DNA from: Octopus vulgaris
Lineage: Eukaryota
Direction: 5' to 3'
NCBI GenBank assembly: GCA_951406725.2
Contig: OX597818.1
Span: 7,192,001-7,256,000 of the forward strand
Length of the DNA stretch: 64,000 nt
This document shows, piece after piece, positions 47,147 through 59,224 of the stretch (positions are counted from its first letter, which is position 1; every line of letters begins with the position of its first letter). Below the pieces are notes generated by a model. It saw nothing but the letters and a program-made list of their open reading frames with translations, did no database searches and had not been told where the DNA came from. The translations under genes and the position numbers were made by a program.

Positions 47147-49165
47147 TTAGGTAGGTAGGTATCCTATTTATCCTTCGTTTTAATTCATTGTAATACCAGA
47201 TATTTTTAGGTATTTGCCCGATTTCATTTTAAGCCTCCCATTAGCGAGTATGTTATAGAGACTTATACATTTATGCTTACGCTTTAAGTGGGACAGCTAA
47301 AGACTATTTAGGATTTTCCCGACAGCAACTAAGGCCAAAATTAATAGTATGTTTATTCAATTATTTTATTTTATTCATATTTTATTTTCATTTTATTCTT
47401 GTTTTTTCTCGTTTTCATGTTTCATCTTTTCATTTTCTTGTATTTTTCCCTCGAATAATGGTTGGCGTGGAGAGTTTCGATTGTTATCTTTCTTTGATAA
47501 CTTGCAATGAGGCTCTCTTTACTGCAGCATCCTAACACATTTCTATAATGGGTAACGATATTACAATCACTTTCTAAAAAAAAAAGAAGAAAGAAGACAC
47601 ATAGCTTGAGAGCTCGAACTTTTCTATTAATCAAAGCTTTTACGCTTTTGATAACAATGCGTCATTGATTGTTACGGTAGTTCAACTGATATCCCCTCTC
47701 TATCTCTCTAATCATTAATTTTCCCTCTCTTTACCGCTGCATTCCATGTACTTTCAAGGTTAAATCAGAGATGGCATTAAGGAATTTTGGCTAGATTTCA
47801 AGTAAAAGTTAACTAACGGTTTCGAATACAATTTGATTGCCATCGTGATAATTTATCTCACAACAAAAACATTAATTAAAAATATGTGATAAATTGCTTC
47901 CTGCTTGTCCAAAGACATTTTGCTCCGTTGTGTAGAAAGAAAAAGTTACATACATCTTAAATCATAAGGTGGAAATGACGTGACATACAGGTAGAATAGA
48001 GAAATGTCCCTTGCAAACTAAATGTGGATTTTGAATGGTTTGTTTGATATGCAAGGATTAATGATTACATCCTAATGCTTTACGTTCGTATTTAGCCCAA
48101 AGAAGGCAGCGAGCTTGCAGAATCATTATCGCTCCGGACAAAATAGTTAGAGTATCTCTACCGACTATTGACTTTCTAGGTTCAAATCCCGCCATGGCTA
48201 TCTTTGACGTACCAGTCAAGTTCTAGATTTGATTTAACCAACTTGCTAACTTGCCTCAAAATTTTCGGACAAGTACCTAAGTGAGAAAAAATTATTTTGC
48301 TAAAAATTACCTCCTAATTAATATCCGATTGAATTCTTTAAAACCATTATCGCCAATACCATTAAATTCTTTTAAACCATTATCGCCATTTAGAAATACG
48401 GCTCCCCGGTGTACACTATACAAAACATTTTAAGAATGTAAAACAGAGTTTCAGTAAGATGTCGCTGTTATTTCTAAATGATCGAGTTGAATGGCTGTCT
48501 TTCAGTTTGACTATGTTTACCTTAGAATGTAATATGCAGGAAGTGTATTTGCCACCAACACTAATAATAATCCTGAAATTTTCATCTAAATTTTATGTGA
48601 ATAAAATTATGATTTTTTTTTCTGTTTTTCTTCCCTTTCTTCTCAAATATCAACACAATCTGCAAATCCATTGATTTTACAACCTCAAATTCATGTAATT
48701 TTCGAAAAATTATAGAAACTTTATTAGTCTAAGAAATATGACTAATTTTCACTCGACTGATATCTCCTATATCTTAACTAAAAGCCAAGTAACACGGTCG
48801 TTAGTAGATCGAATACATTACGTTGCAGCAATCGTATGGTTCACAGCGCCCCGAATTGAAACCCCACCGACTTCAAACTTGTTTTTCACTTCTCCTGGAT
48901 GGAAAGAATAAAGCAGAATCACCTCGAAACTGTTGACCTCCTGCCTTAGAATCACACAAATGGGCGGTTGATTGGTATAAGCGGTATAGAGGCGAAAAAA
49001 ATGTCCTATCGTATTTTTATCTTGTTTCCTATGTTCTTAGTCAAAACTCACTATTGCTATTTATCATTCCAGGATCGATAAATTAATGTAATTGTGAAGT
49101 ACAGGGCTCCATGGAAACTGCCATTTTCCCTTCCTAATTTCTGGTCTGGGGACAATTGTTATTAT

Positions 49166-49207
<42 letters not shown>

Positions 49208-50247
49208 CAGCAGCAGCAGCAGCAGCAGCTATTGTTTAGCACAATGTGAGCCCTGATGGAGCAGAATGAGTCACAAATGTATAAGAGCCTCCGTAGATTT
49301 TATTTGAAACACATTGTTCAAATACGAAGCAGTTTACGAAAAGGTGTCTTTAAGTAAGAAAAAAAAAATTTGTTTCCACAAGTATTAATCTTGTAAATTC
49401 ACTATAAGATTATGTTTAGGTAATAATGAACCAAATACTGAACCCTCCCTAAAAGCTCTACAATTAGCAATATAAAAGTACTATCATATTCAACTGCAAC
49501 AATGAAAGTATCACTCACTTCCGAAATTCCTTTATATAATTTCCCTTTCAGTTGGTTACTATTTGTAATCAACCTATATCTCCCCCAAAATTGCTTGTCT
49601 TGTGCCTAAAATTTGATGCCAACATTAGAAGCGTAGGCATCAACGTCTTTTCGCCTCTTTCAGAGACAGTGCTACCACACCAACTAAAGTACATCATTGA
49701 CACAAAAGTTGCTAGTCACGTCTTCTTACAAATCGTATAGAATTGCATTCCTGTGTGCTATTTAAAATTCTTATCGAGAAATAGCCAGTTAATTCTCTCA
49801 TAATAATCAAATTGAAGTAAGTAATAAATATATGTAGAATTCAATACAATGATATATGCATGGGAGGGGGAGTATAAATCCGGCTTAAATGGAGGAAAAG
49901 AAAAGTTGATATAACCAGATATGATGCATCAAGCTTATTTTTCGCAACAGAAAAACAACACTGCATACATAAGTAAAATTCACCACGAAAATAAAGTTTT
50001 TTTTTATATTTTATCGATACAAACCATCGAAAGACTAAACAAATACAATGAAATAATATGCAACAAATTATGGAAAGAGTTGGACAACACAGAAAAGAAG
50101 AAAAAATCGAGAAAATTGATAGATTAATATTTAAATGTCATCCGATGTACGTAGGATAATGTAACGAATACGAAATAGATAAACTGAATATATGTTTAAC
50201 TGCATGAATATGTAAAAGAAAGCTCGTAACACAAACAGGTACATACG

Positions 50248-50296
<49 letters not shown>

Positions 50297-51529
50297 ATAC
50301 ACGCACACACACTCACAAGCTTATATATGTTTATGCTAGGTAATGGGAATGCGCAAACATAAGATACGGAATACGCATATATAAGTATATTGGTATATAT
50401 GACACGACTATGACAAACACTCGTATGATAAATCATTTGAACGCACGCGTGTATTAATGTATGCTTTTAAATATTCACTAAACCTCGAATCTCACTGAGA
50501 TGCAACGTGCACAAACACCCAACATTAAATTCAGGCAGACATATACACCCACAAATAGACACACACACAGACACATGCGTGCCGGCGCACAGGTGTGCAA
50601 ACGCGCAGATACAAGACAATTTACATCAGTAAGCACGTCTGGACGCATGCATATGCACTCTTTCAAATATACGTCTTCCGAAACACACGAACCGTTCGTT
50701 CAATATATAAAATCACTTGTACTATCTATCGACTTATCTTGCTGGCGTGGACCAAGTGAAATAAGGAAAGCGATACCCAAGAGCTTAAATATATTGACTA
50801 CAGCCAAATTGCGTAAAAAGGGACTGACAAAAATGAAAATCGAATGCGACGTTTATGCAGCTGGATCGATGAAAATGCAATGGACTGATTTAAAATATCT
50901 TCCTTTTTTGACTGGTCAAACAACTGTCAAACAACAAATAGATTTGTTTATTCGTTAATTAATTTTCATTATCGGCGTGTTATAATATAATAAAAGCAAA
51001 TATGTAAGAAATTACAATATACGTATGATCGACCTTATTGAAAAGGAAATAATTGGGCATTTAACTACCTCTTTTCTTTTCACTTCATTGTAGATGTGGT
51101 ATTATGATTTTATTCTGGTTGAGTTAAGCACACATTCGCCGCTCACAAACTGGGCACTTTTCATGGCGTAACTTGTATATAATTACACCAAGTTTATATA
51201 TATAGATGTATATGTGTGTGTGTGTATGTGTGTGTGTGTGTGCGTGAGCGTGAGTATGTGTGTGTATGTATATATATATATATAGTTTTATACGGACATA
51301 TATAAACACACACACACACTCACACGCACATAAATACACACACAGGCACTCATACGCATACACACACCCTAATTCCCACACCGTCATACGCAAACATGTA
51401 AACAAATACATATCAACACAGTCTCACCCACCGACTTGCACATATTCACTTCGTATCTCGCCACTCACCACCGGGTCGAACACCAGCTACTGGCCTTCTC
51501 GTCGACTCACACTCTTATCCTTTTATTTT

Positions 51530-51800
51530 TTGCTCGTTTCAGTCATTTGACTGCGGCCATGCTGGAGCATCACCTTTAGCTGGGTGAATCAACCCCCAGA
51601 ACTTATTCTTTGCAAGCCTAGAACTTATTCTATCGGTCTTTTTTTGCCGAACTACTAAGTTACGGGGGCGTAAACACATAAACATCGGTTGTCAAGTGCT
51701 GGGGGGGATAAACAGAGACGCACACATAGATATATACATATATATTTACGACGGGCTTCTTTCACCTTCCGTCTATCAAACCCATTCACAACGCTTTGGC
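51530..51800 (-). mobile_element. OK-like SINE, older truncated copy
   Basis: TTTCAGTCATTTGACTGCGGCCATGCTGGAGCA...ACGACGGGCTTCTTTCA. Confidence 0.85.
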
Positions 51801-52073
51801 CAGGCACATGCATCATTCACATAAACACAAACAATCACGCACACAGATACTACCACACACACATCACAATCATACACACACGCACACACACCACAATCAT
51901 GCAAACACACACACAAACATACCACAATCACACTCACACACACATATGCATCTACTACAATATACAAAACACATTTCATCACCTACATAGGCACACACGC
52001 ACACATACTTAAACAAAACAACACACGCACACAATAAAGCAAATGAAAAATAATTCCTTCCCAATCTTTTGAA

Positions 52074-52171
52074 TGACCATCCTTTAAAAAGTCACTTAAC
52101 CACTGACCATCCTTTAAAAAAACCACTTAACCACTGACTATCCTTTAAAAAGCCACTTAACCACTGACCAT
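52074..52171. repeat. ~30-bp tandem repeat, ~3.2 copies
   Basis: Unit TGACCATCCTTTAAAAAG(T/C)CACTTAACCAC. Confidence 0.9.
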
Positions 52172-52371
52172 ATTCTATCAATAGGAGAAGGAAAAACAGA
52201 AATGCTTTTTAATATTTCATAAGATGGATACATCGAAATTGGTAATATTTTAAATCACTCTGTGTAACAAAAATATTAAACATTCTCTGAAATATACGTT
52301 TGTGCCATTCCCAAATTCATTTATCTTTTTAATCATAATCTTTGATTTGTATGGACTCTTAACCCGTTTTC

Positions 52372-52417
<46 letters not shown>

Positions 52418-52444
52418 ATGTACGTATGTATATATATATATATA

Positions 52445-52827
52445 TATAATTTATTTATGTTGAGGGCATTACTATACACAAATGCCACACGCTAGGAGGG
52501 AGTCTTAAAGTCAAAACTACCAAAACAAATAGACACATAGTACCGAATACGAGGGAATGCAACTCGCGAAGTGAGCCTCTTAAAAACAGAATTCAGCTGC
52601 ATATCAAATGATTTCATATGATATCTTATGAAATCTTATGAAATCCTATGATATCTTTGTGAAATCATGATATGCAGCTGAATTCTGTTTTAAGAGGCTC
52701 ACTTCGCGAGTTGCATTCCCTCGTATTCGGTACTATGTGTTTATTTATTTTGGTAGTTTTGACTTAAGAGTCCCTCCTAGCGTGCGGCATTTATGTATAG
52801 TAATGCCTTCAATATAAATAAATTATA
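52445..52827. repeat. Long fold-back inverted repeat (~170-bp arms)
   Basis: ACACATAGTACCGAATACGAGGGAATGCAACTCGCGAAGTGAGCCTCTTAAAA matched exactly by its reverse complement; spacer has short TATGAAATC repeats; starts at (TA)n. Confidence 0.9.
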
Positions 52828-53407
52828 TTTAAGAGAAAAATTGATGGATTGTTCTCTTATGAGGTTTTTCACGCTACTTGATAAATTCTTATAAAAATTT
52901 TATCACATATATATATATTAGGAAAATAAGAGAAGGTAGAAAACGCTAAAATAATTTTATCATGAAATACATTTTGTAAAGGTTAGTACCGGATTTGTGT
53001 TTTCGATTTTTTCAACTAAAATAAAAAGAAGAAAAACAATTAAATTGAACAACAAATTAAACGAAGTGGCTTGGAAATATTTCCATAGTCTTCAAGTAGG
53101 TAGGACATTTTCCTTTTTCTGTCTTTCTTTTAGTTTGTGAAGGCTCGGTAGGTAGTAGCAGATCTGAAGAAATAATGCTTATGAGTGCAGAGAATTATTT
53201 GGTTCTGAAGTTTGATGATTTATGCATCAATATACACCAACCCACTTGCGGGGGAAACGAACACCTTCTAACCTCTTGCAGCTAACAGGATTGCTAGACT
53301 AACTCGGTTTCAAGCTATTTGATTCGACTTCAGTCGTGAGCACCTGCGCACTACAGTGCGCAAGAATGACACACAATTTTGTGAAGTATTCCATATTTAT
53401 CATAGAA

Positions 53408-53800
53408 AAATGAGTGACTGTGTTGTAAGTAGCTTACTTACCACATGATTCTGGGTTTAGTCGCACTGTGTGGCACTTTGGGCAAGTTTCTTTTACTATA
53501 GCCCAGGGCCGACCAAAGACTTGTGAGTGCATTTGGTTGAGGGAAACTGAAAATAAACCCGTCGTATGTGTGTGTGCGTGTGTGTGTTTGTGAGTTTGTG
53601 TGTGAGTGTTTGTCCCCCCACAATCGCTTGACAACCGATGCTGGTGTTTACGTCCCAGCAAGTTAGCGGTTCAGCAAAAGAGTACGATAGAATAAGATCT
53701 ATGCTTACAAATATAAAATTCTGGTGTCGATTTGTTCGACGAAAGGCGTTGTTTCAGCATGGCCGCAGTCAAATGACTGAAACAAATAAAAGAAAAAAGA
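53408..53800 (+). mobile_element. OK-like SINE, diverged full-length copy
   Basis: GAGTGACTGTGTTGTAAGTAGCTT..CAGCATGGCCGCAGTCAAATGACTGAAAC. Confidence 0.85.
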
Positions 53801-53814
53801 AAAAAGGAATACAC

Positions 53815-53926
<112 letters not shown>

Positions 53927-54244
53927 TCACACACACATACGCATGTAATCAACATTTATAGGATTTTTCGCTTCTTGTCATGAAATCGTTGTTAACATTA
54001 TTGCAAATGCTGTAGCTACGACATACTACGAAATACTGACATCTAACAGATTATAAGAATGTACCACCATTCTATCACATGCACGCACATATATGCACTT
54101 GTACATGCACGTGCACACACGAGTTCACACACACACACAATATACACTTACTGAGAAATATACATCAAAATTTATTGTCTATATTAAACATAATTTAAGA
54201 TATGAAAAATGTTATATATATGTATATATATATATATATATATA

Positions 54245-54310
<66 letters not shown>

Positions 54311-54318
<8 letters not shown>

Positions 54319-54614
54319 GGAGATATACTTGCATAGCAAGTGACTTGATCTGAGATCGTGTGCTGAAGCAAAAACAGCTGCAGCTTGTAAGGTATTTATA
54401 AGCCATTTAAAATACACAAAAACCGTCAAATTCGCTTCAAAGTTTAAAATTCATTTGTCATGAACTAACTGTTACTTTCTCAGATGCGGCACGGAATTTT
54501 GTCAGTGAACAACCCACGGTTTCAAAGCGACGAAAATATTAATTAAATTTAAATGTTGAAGTGAATCTAACGGTTTTTATGTGTTTTTAAATGGCTTATA
54601 AACACCTTCCACGC

Positions 54615-54687
<73 letters not shown>

Positions 54688-54871
54688 TAGTAAAGAGTGA
54701 AAAAACTACAGAAGGCTTGAATGTTAAAAAATATATATATTTGCGTCAATATGTCTGAAGAATATTAGAAAAGTTAAAAAAAATTTTTTTTTCCTCTTGT
54801 AATGACATAATTTAAAAGAAAGACCGGTTTCGCGTGTAGCTTTTCAAATTTCTTGCGACGTTTCTTGCGAC

Positions 54872-54872
<1 letters not shown>
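54311..54872. repeat. Direct repeat copy A (~560 bp; copy B 55675-56232)
   Basis: Base-by-base match to 55675-56232 except microsatellite/homopolymer lengths; composed of the 2470-family repeat, (TA)(GA)n and a second PLE-end-like piece. Confidence 0.95.
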
Positions 54873-54912
<40 letters not shown>

Positions 54913-55004
54913 TATATATATATATGGGTGTGTGTGATTGTGTATAGAAGAATATATTAATAAAAAGAATTCCAACCTTGTCTGATTTTCACGTTTTATT
55001 TCGG

Positions 55005-55633
55005 ATCGTGTCGTTCGCGAGAAGAGACTCAATAGATCGCAGTGTGGTAGCTGCTCTACTAAGCACGTCACTCCGAACGGCAAGTCGGGTCGTATGCAAG
55101 CGATCCCTTTCGTCTCGATCTCTTCGAACTAGTCGGGGCGGGACGACGAGCAGACGACCACGGCGCGAACGCCGCAGCCGCCGCCGCGTCCCCGAATGGC
55201 AATTCCGCCGGCGACGCTGCCGCTCGCCGCGCGAACGCGACGGGCGGACGGCGAACGCCGAGCTAAGGCATGCGCCTTGAGGTTGAGACGCTTTTGGAAA
55301 ACAACTCGGGTCCGGCTACGGTTCCGGCTTAGAGGCGTTCAGCCGTTATCGCTCAGAGGCAGCCTGGCACCACCGCTCTATCGAGCGAGCGCGCAAACCG
55401 TTGCTCTGATCCCGCGGTTCCTCTCGTACTGGACGGGATAGCCGTAGCCGAGTTGACGTTGCCGACGCCCGCCTAAGGTCGGCCGGAGAAACGCCGGCGG
55501 CACGGCCAGGACGGACGGACGCGCGAGCGCGCCGCCGCCTCGACCGCACGCCGAGTACCCCGACGCGACTCGGGGCGCCGCGTACGCGCGATGCATCGGT
55601 AGGATAAAACTAACCTGTCTCACGACGGTCTAA
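55005..55633 (-). rRNA. 28S rRNA: Isolated 28S rRNA 3'-terminal fragment (dispersed copy/pseudogene)
   Basis: - strand TTAGACCGTCGTGAGACAGGTTAGTTTTATCCTAC, sarcin-ricin loop AGTACGAGAGGAAC (55417-55430), CTGAACGCCTCTAAG (55328-55342), GTAGAGCAGC..CTGCGATCTATTGA near the 3' end; GC-rich expansions. Confidence 0.95.
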
Positions 55634-55674
55634 GACCGTCTTAGACGGTCTTAGACCGTCGTGAGACAGGTTAA

Positions 55675-55978
55675 TGTGTTATGGAGATATACTTGCATAG
55701 CAAGTGACTTGATCTGAGATCGTGTGCTGAAGCAAAAACAGCTGCAGCTTGTAAGGTATTTATAAGCCATTTAAAATACACAAAAACCGTCAAATTCGCT
55801 TCAAAGTTTAAAATTCATTTGTCATGAACTAACTGTTACTTTCTCAGATGCGGCACGGAATTTTGTCAGTGAACAACCCACGGTTTCAAAGCGACGAAAA
55901 TATTAATTAAATTTAAATGTTGAAGTGAATCTAACGGTTTTTATGTGTTTTTAAATGGCTTATAAACACCTTCCACGC

Positions 55979-56042
<64 letters not shown>

Positions 56043-56231
56043 AAATAGTAAAGAGTGAAAAAACTACAGAAGGCTTGAATGTTAAAAAATATATATATTT
56101 GCGTCAATATGTCTGAAGAATATTAGAAAAGTTAAAAAAAAATTTTTTTTTCCTCTTGTAATGACATAATTTAAAAGAAAGACCGGTTTCGCGTGTAGCT
56201 TTTCAAATTTCTTTGCGACGTTTCTTGCGAC

Positions 56232-56232
<1 letters not shown>
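55675..56232. repeat. Direct repeat copy B
   Basis: See copy A. Confidence 0.95.
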
Positions 56233-56277
<45 letters not shown>

Positions 56278-56309
56278 CCAAGAAAAAAGCCACAAGAATG
56301 GATTAGTAG

Positions 56310-56398
56310 TTTAGTACAATTGTTTCATACCAAGAACAATTTTATTTAAAGCTGCAAGTATTGCAGCAAATACAAATGTCCAGTATTCATCAGCTAAA
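56310..56398 (-). ncRNA. Type-I hammerhead ribozyme with canonical core
   Basis: - strand TTTAG-CTGATGA-ATAC..GTAT-GAAA-CAATTG-TA-CTAAA: stem I TTTAG/CTAAA, stem II ATAC/GTAT with long loop, palindromic stem III, GUA cleavage triplet. Confidence 0.8.
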
Positions 56399-57341
56399 TC
56401 ACATATATGTTTTCCAGACATCTTAGAGAGTGTGTATATCCTCATGAAGTATTAGGAGTGAGTTCTATGAAATTTAAAGTCAAATTATAAGCAGACTCAA
56501 ATTGCTTTCTAATGATGCACAGTTTTATAAAAGTTTTTAAAAAGATTCTTAACTTCCCAGAGAAGGTGAATCCATCCATAAAAATGCAGATATAACTTCC
56601 GGAGACATGAGGAAAGCTGTTGATCACACAGCAGTTCATTTCACAACTAAGCTGTTGCAAACAGAATTTGGTTGTAGCAGTAAGAAAGTCAGCGAAGCAG
56701 ATTCTGTCCAAATAAAGGACATTATGGGAGGAAGGGAGTAGGGGAGTAAGAAGGCATAGATATACCACAGACAAAGGTTAGTTTATTTCTGTGGTGACAG
56801 AAAATCTAGGTCATTGTTGAAGGAATCTTAGATTTATAAAAGTTTGTCTACCACCAGCTATGAACTGAGACACTCCCAGAGTTAATGTTAGGATAGAGAA
56901 TACAGAGAGATCAAAGGAAAACATTAAAGGGGTCAAAGGCCATCAGTAGAGGAAGATACAGTAAGAAAGTTAAGGGTAACACTAGAATAGAAGGTTATTT
57001 ATTTATTATTGTTGTTTCTATTTTAACTTATGTTTATATATTGTAAGAAAGAATTTAGGTCAACATCCAGAGGTCAAATAAATTCAATAGTAAATTGTGG
57101 GAGAATTTTACTTATTCAAAGTATATAGTGAAAATTACTTGTATCCTTAAGGGAATAGTATTATTTATTAAATTTAGAATAGAATTAGGAAATATTATCA
57201 AATTTATATGATTTAAGTTAGGTTAGTCAAATTGACTATATAGTCAATTAAAAATTAGCATCGTACAAATACTATTTATTTTTATATATTAAAAAGGTAC
57301 AGTTAGAAAGGTGGAACACCAGTGGAAGAGCCTAAAGATTT

Positions 57342-58286
57342 CTATTTAAAATATTTTAGAGTTTTGATTTTTGAGTGAATACAAGACGGACCTAACTCTA
57401 AAAGGTTATTCAATAGGTTTTTATTTTTTCTATGTTTTAGAATTTCATATGTCTCCATGGAGCAGAGTTGGCAACCTGCCCTATTATTTCTATATGGTAT
57501 TGCCTTTCTAACTATTTCCCATTTTAGGTTATATTTAATATTATTAGTTTTGAGTTCCCAGATCTTACTGGAAAGTGTGGTGCAGCCAGCTTTATGACCT
57601 AACTTAAAGGAGGAGAGATGATTGCTAATTCTTTGCTTAAATTTTATAGTACAACCCAGATAAAAAAATTTGCAATTCGCAGTAGTTATAGTACATTTAT
57701 AGATTACATTATGGACCCCACACTGACCAGATGCCGGGCATTTTGACTTAATCTTACAATTGCAACTAGGGGGATAATTTTCAGATTTAGAATTATTTAA
57801 GGATAGATCTCTCATATTGCTGCTATTCAAATTATTATGAGTATTATTTTCGTTATTATAGGTAATATTATTATCTGAAGTTGTGTTATCATTTATCGAT
57901 CCATTTACACTATCATTTAGATCTACTATAGCCATATCATATTTATCAGTATTCTTGGTATTACTATTATTATTGTTTGTATTTATATCCGAATGCTCAT
58001 TACTGCTATAGATATCATTGTTATCTTCATTCTCGATATTTCTTTTTGTATTGCTCATATTATTATCATTATTCTTATTCCTATTAATATCAATATCATT
58101 ATTAGTTATTCTATTGCTGTTGATGCTGCAATTATTTTGATAATTATTATTATTGTTGTTATTATTTTTATTTTTATCTATGATAATATTATTACAATTA
58201 TTATTGGTATTCATGTTGGTATTAGTCTTATTATTCCTGGCTAACTTAATGTTTTTATTATTAATTCTAGCTATTATAGTGGACAT
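57342..58286 (-). CDS. Open C-terminal part of the PLE ORF: Asn-rich linker + GIY-YIG endonuclease (transposon-encoded)
   Basis: 314-aa ORF with uninterrupted VIY/YLG, R, H and Cys motifs. Confidence 0.8.
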   Translation of the reverse strand: MSTIIARINNKNIKLARNNKTNTNMNTNNNCNNIIIDKNKNNNNNNNNYQNNCSINSNRITNNDIDINRNKNNDNNMSNTKRNIENEDNNDIYSSNEHSDINTNNNNSNTKNTDKYDMAIVDLNDSVNGSINDNTTSDNNITYNNENNTHNNLNSSNMRDLSLNNSKSENYPPSCNCKIKSKCPASGQCGVHNVIYKCTITTANCKFFYLGCTIKFKQRISNHLSSFKLGHKAGCTTLSSKIWELKTNNIKYNLKWEIVRKAIPYRNNRAGCQLCSMETYEILKHRKNKNLLNNLLELGPSCIHSKIKTLKYFK

Positions 58287-58904
58287 ATTTGGGAGGATTG
58301 AGTAAGAAATCCAAACCGTTCTCTTAGAAATTATTCTATGATATTTATGAGAGGCTGGAAAATTTTTTTGTAGTATTAATTTGAATTCGCCGTATATATC
58401 CGATAATATCGCGCAGTTAAATGGAACATTGAACCAGATTATATCTTCTTAAATTAGAGTTAGAGTTAGTTGAATTATTATTGATCTCACCAGAGTCATT
58501 ATTCTTATTACTACTATTTGTATGCTTTTTTGATTTATCTAAATTAGTTTTATCAAAATTACTTTGCTCTGGTCCATATTTTTATTCTTACGATTTGGTT
58601 TGGATGCTAGATTAGTTGTCACCGTAAATCTATTTTTATTTTTATTATGGGCGTGATCTATATTCATGTTTGCGTAGTTAATGTTCACTCCATTATTAGG
58701 AATATGTAAGCTCTCTTTATCAATAAAGGTAATCTCTTGATTATATCCTGCTTTAGATAATGCTGTATTATAATGCTTAGAGTGAGAGTTAAATATATCA
58801 TTATTAGAAGACAATTTGGAAATTCTTAGGGAAATATTTCTAACCAAAGATTTTATTATATTTGGGGGATGATTAGATAATTTATTTACGTATATAGTGA
58901 TTTC

Positions 58905-59224
58905 GTGGAGGCGCAATGTCCCAGAGGTTAGGGCAGCGGACTCGCGGTCGTAGGATCGCGGTTTCGATTCCCAGACCGGGCGTTGTGTGTGTTTATTGAG
59001 CGAAAACACCTAAAAGCTCCACGATGTTCCGGCAGGGGGTGGTGATCCCTGCTGTACTTTTTCATCACTCTTTCTCTCACTCTTTTGTTGGCCTGCCCGC
59101 TTAGTCAGCGAGGTGGCGTCATTCGAAGGCTAAAACAATGCGAAGGCTAAAACAATGCGAACGCATTGTGACCAGCGATGTGTAGCAACATCTGATGGGC
59201 TGGTCCGTCACGTGACGTCACGTG
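58905..59224 (+). mobile_element. tRNA-derived SINE (tRNA-Arg/OR-like, tentative) inserted in the Naiad RT
   Basis: tRNA-like head with box B GGTTTCGATTCCC; 13-bp TSD ATATAGTGATTTC at 58892-58904 and 59225-59237; tail CACGTGA repeats. Confidence 0.88.

Noticed and set aside
52074-52171. CRISPR-like 30-bp repeats
   Set aside because: Head-to-tail with no spacers, in a eukaryotic context; an ordinary minisatellite
54978-55623. Arg-rich ORFs / CpG island
   Set aside because: Explained by the GC-rich 28S rRNA fragment
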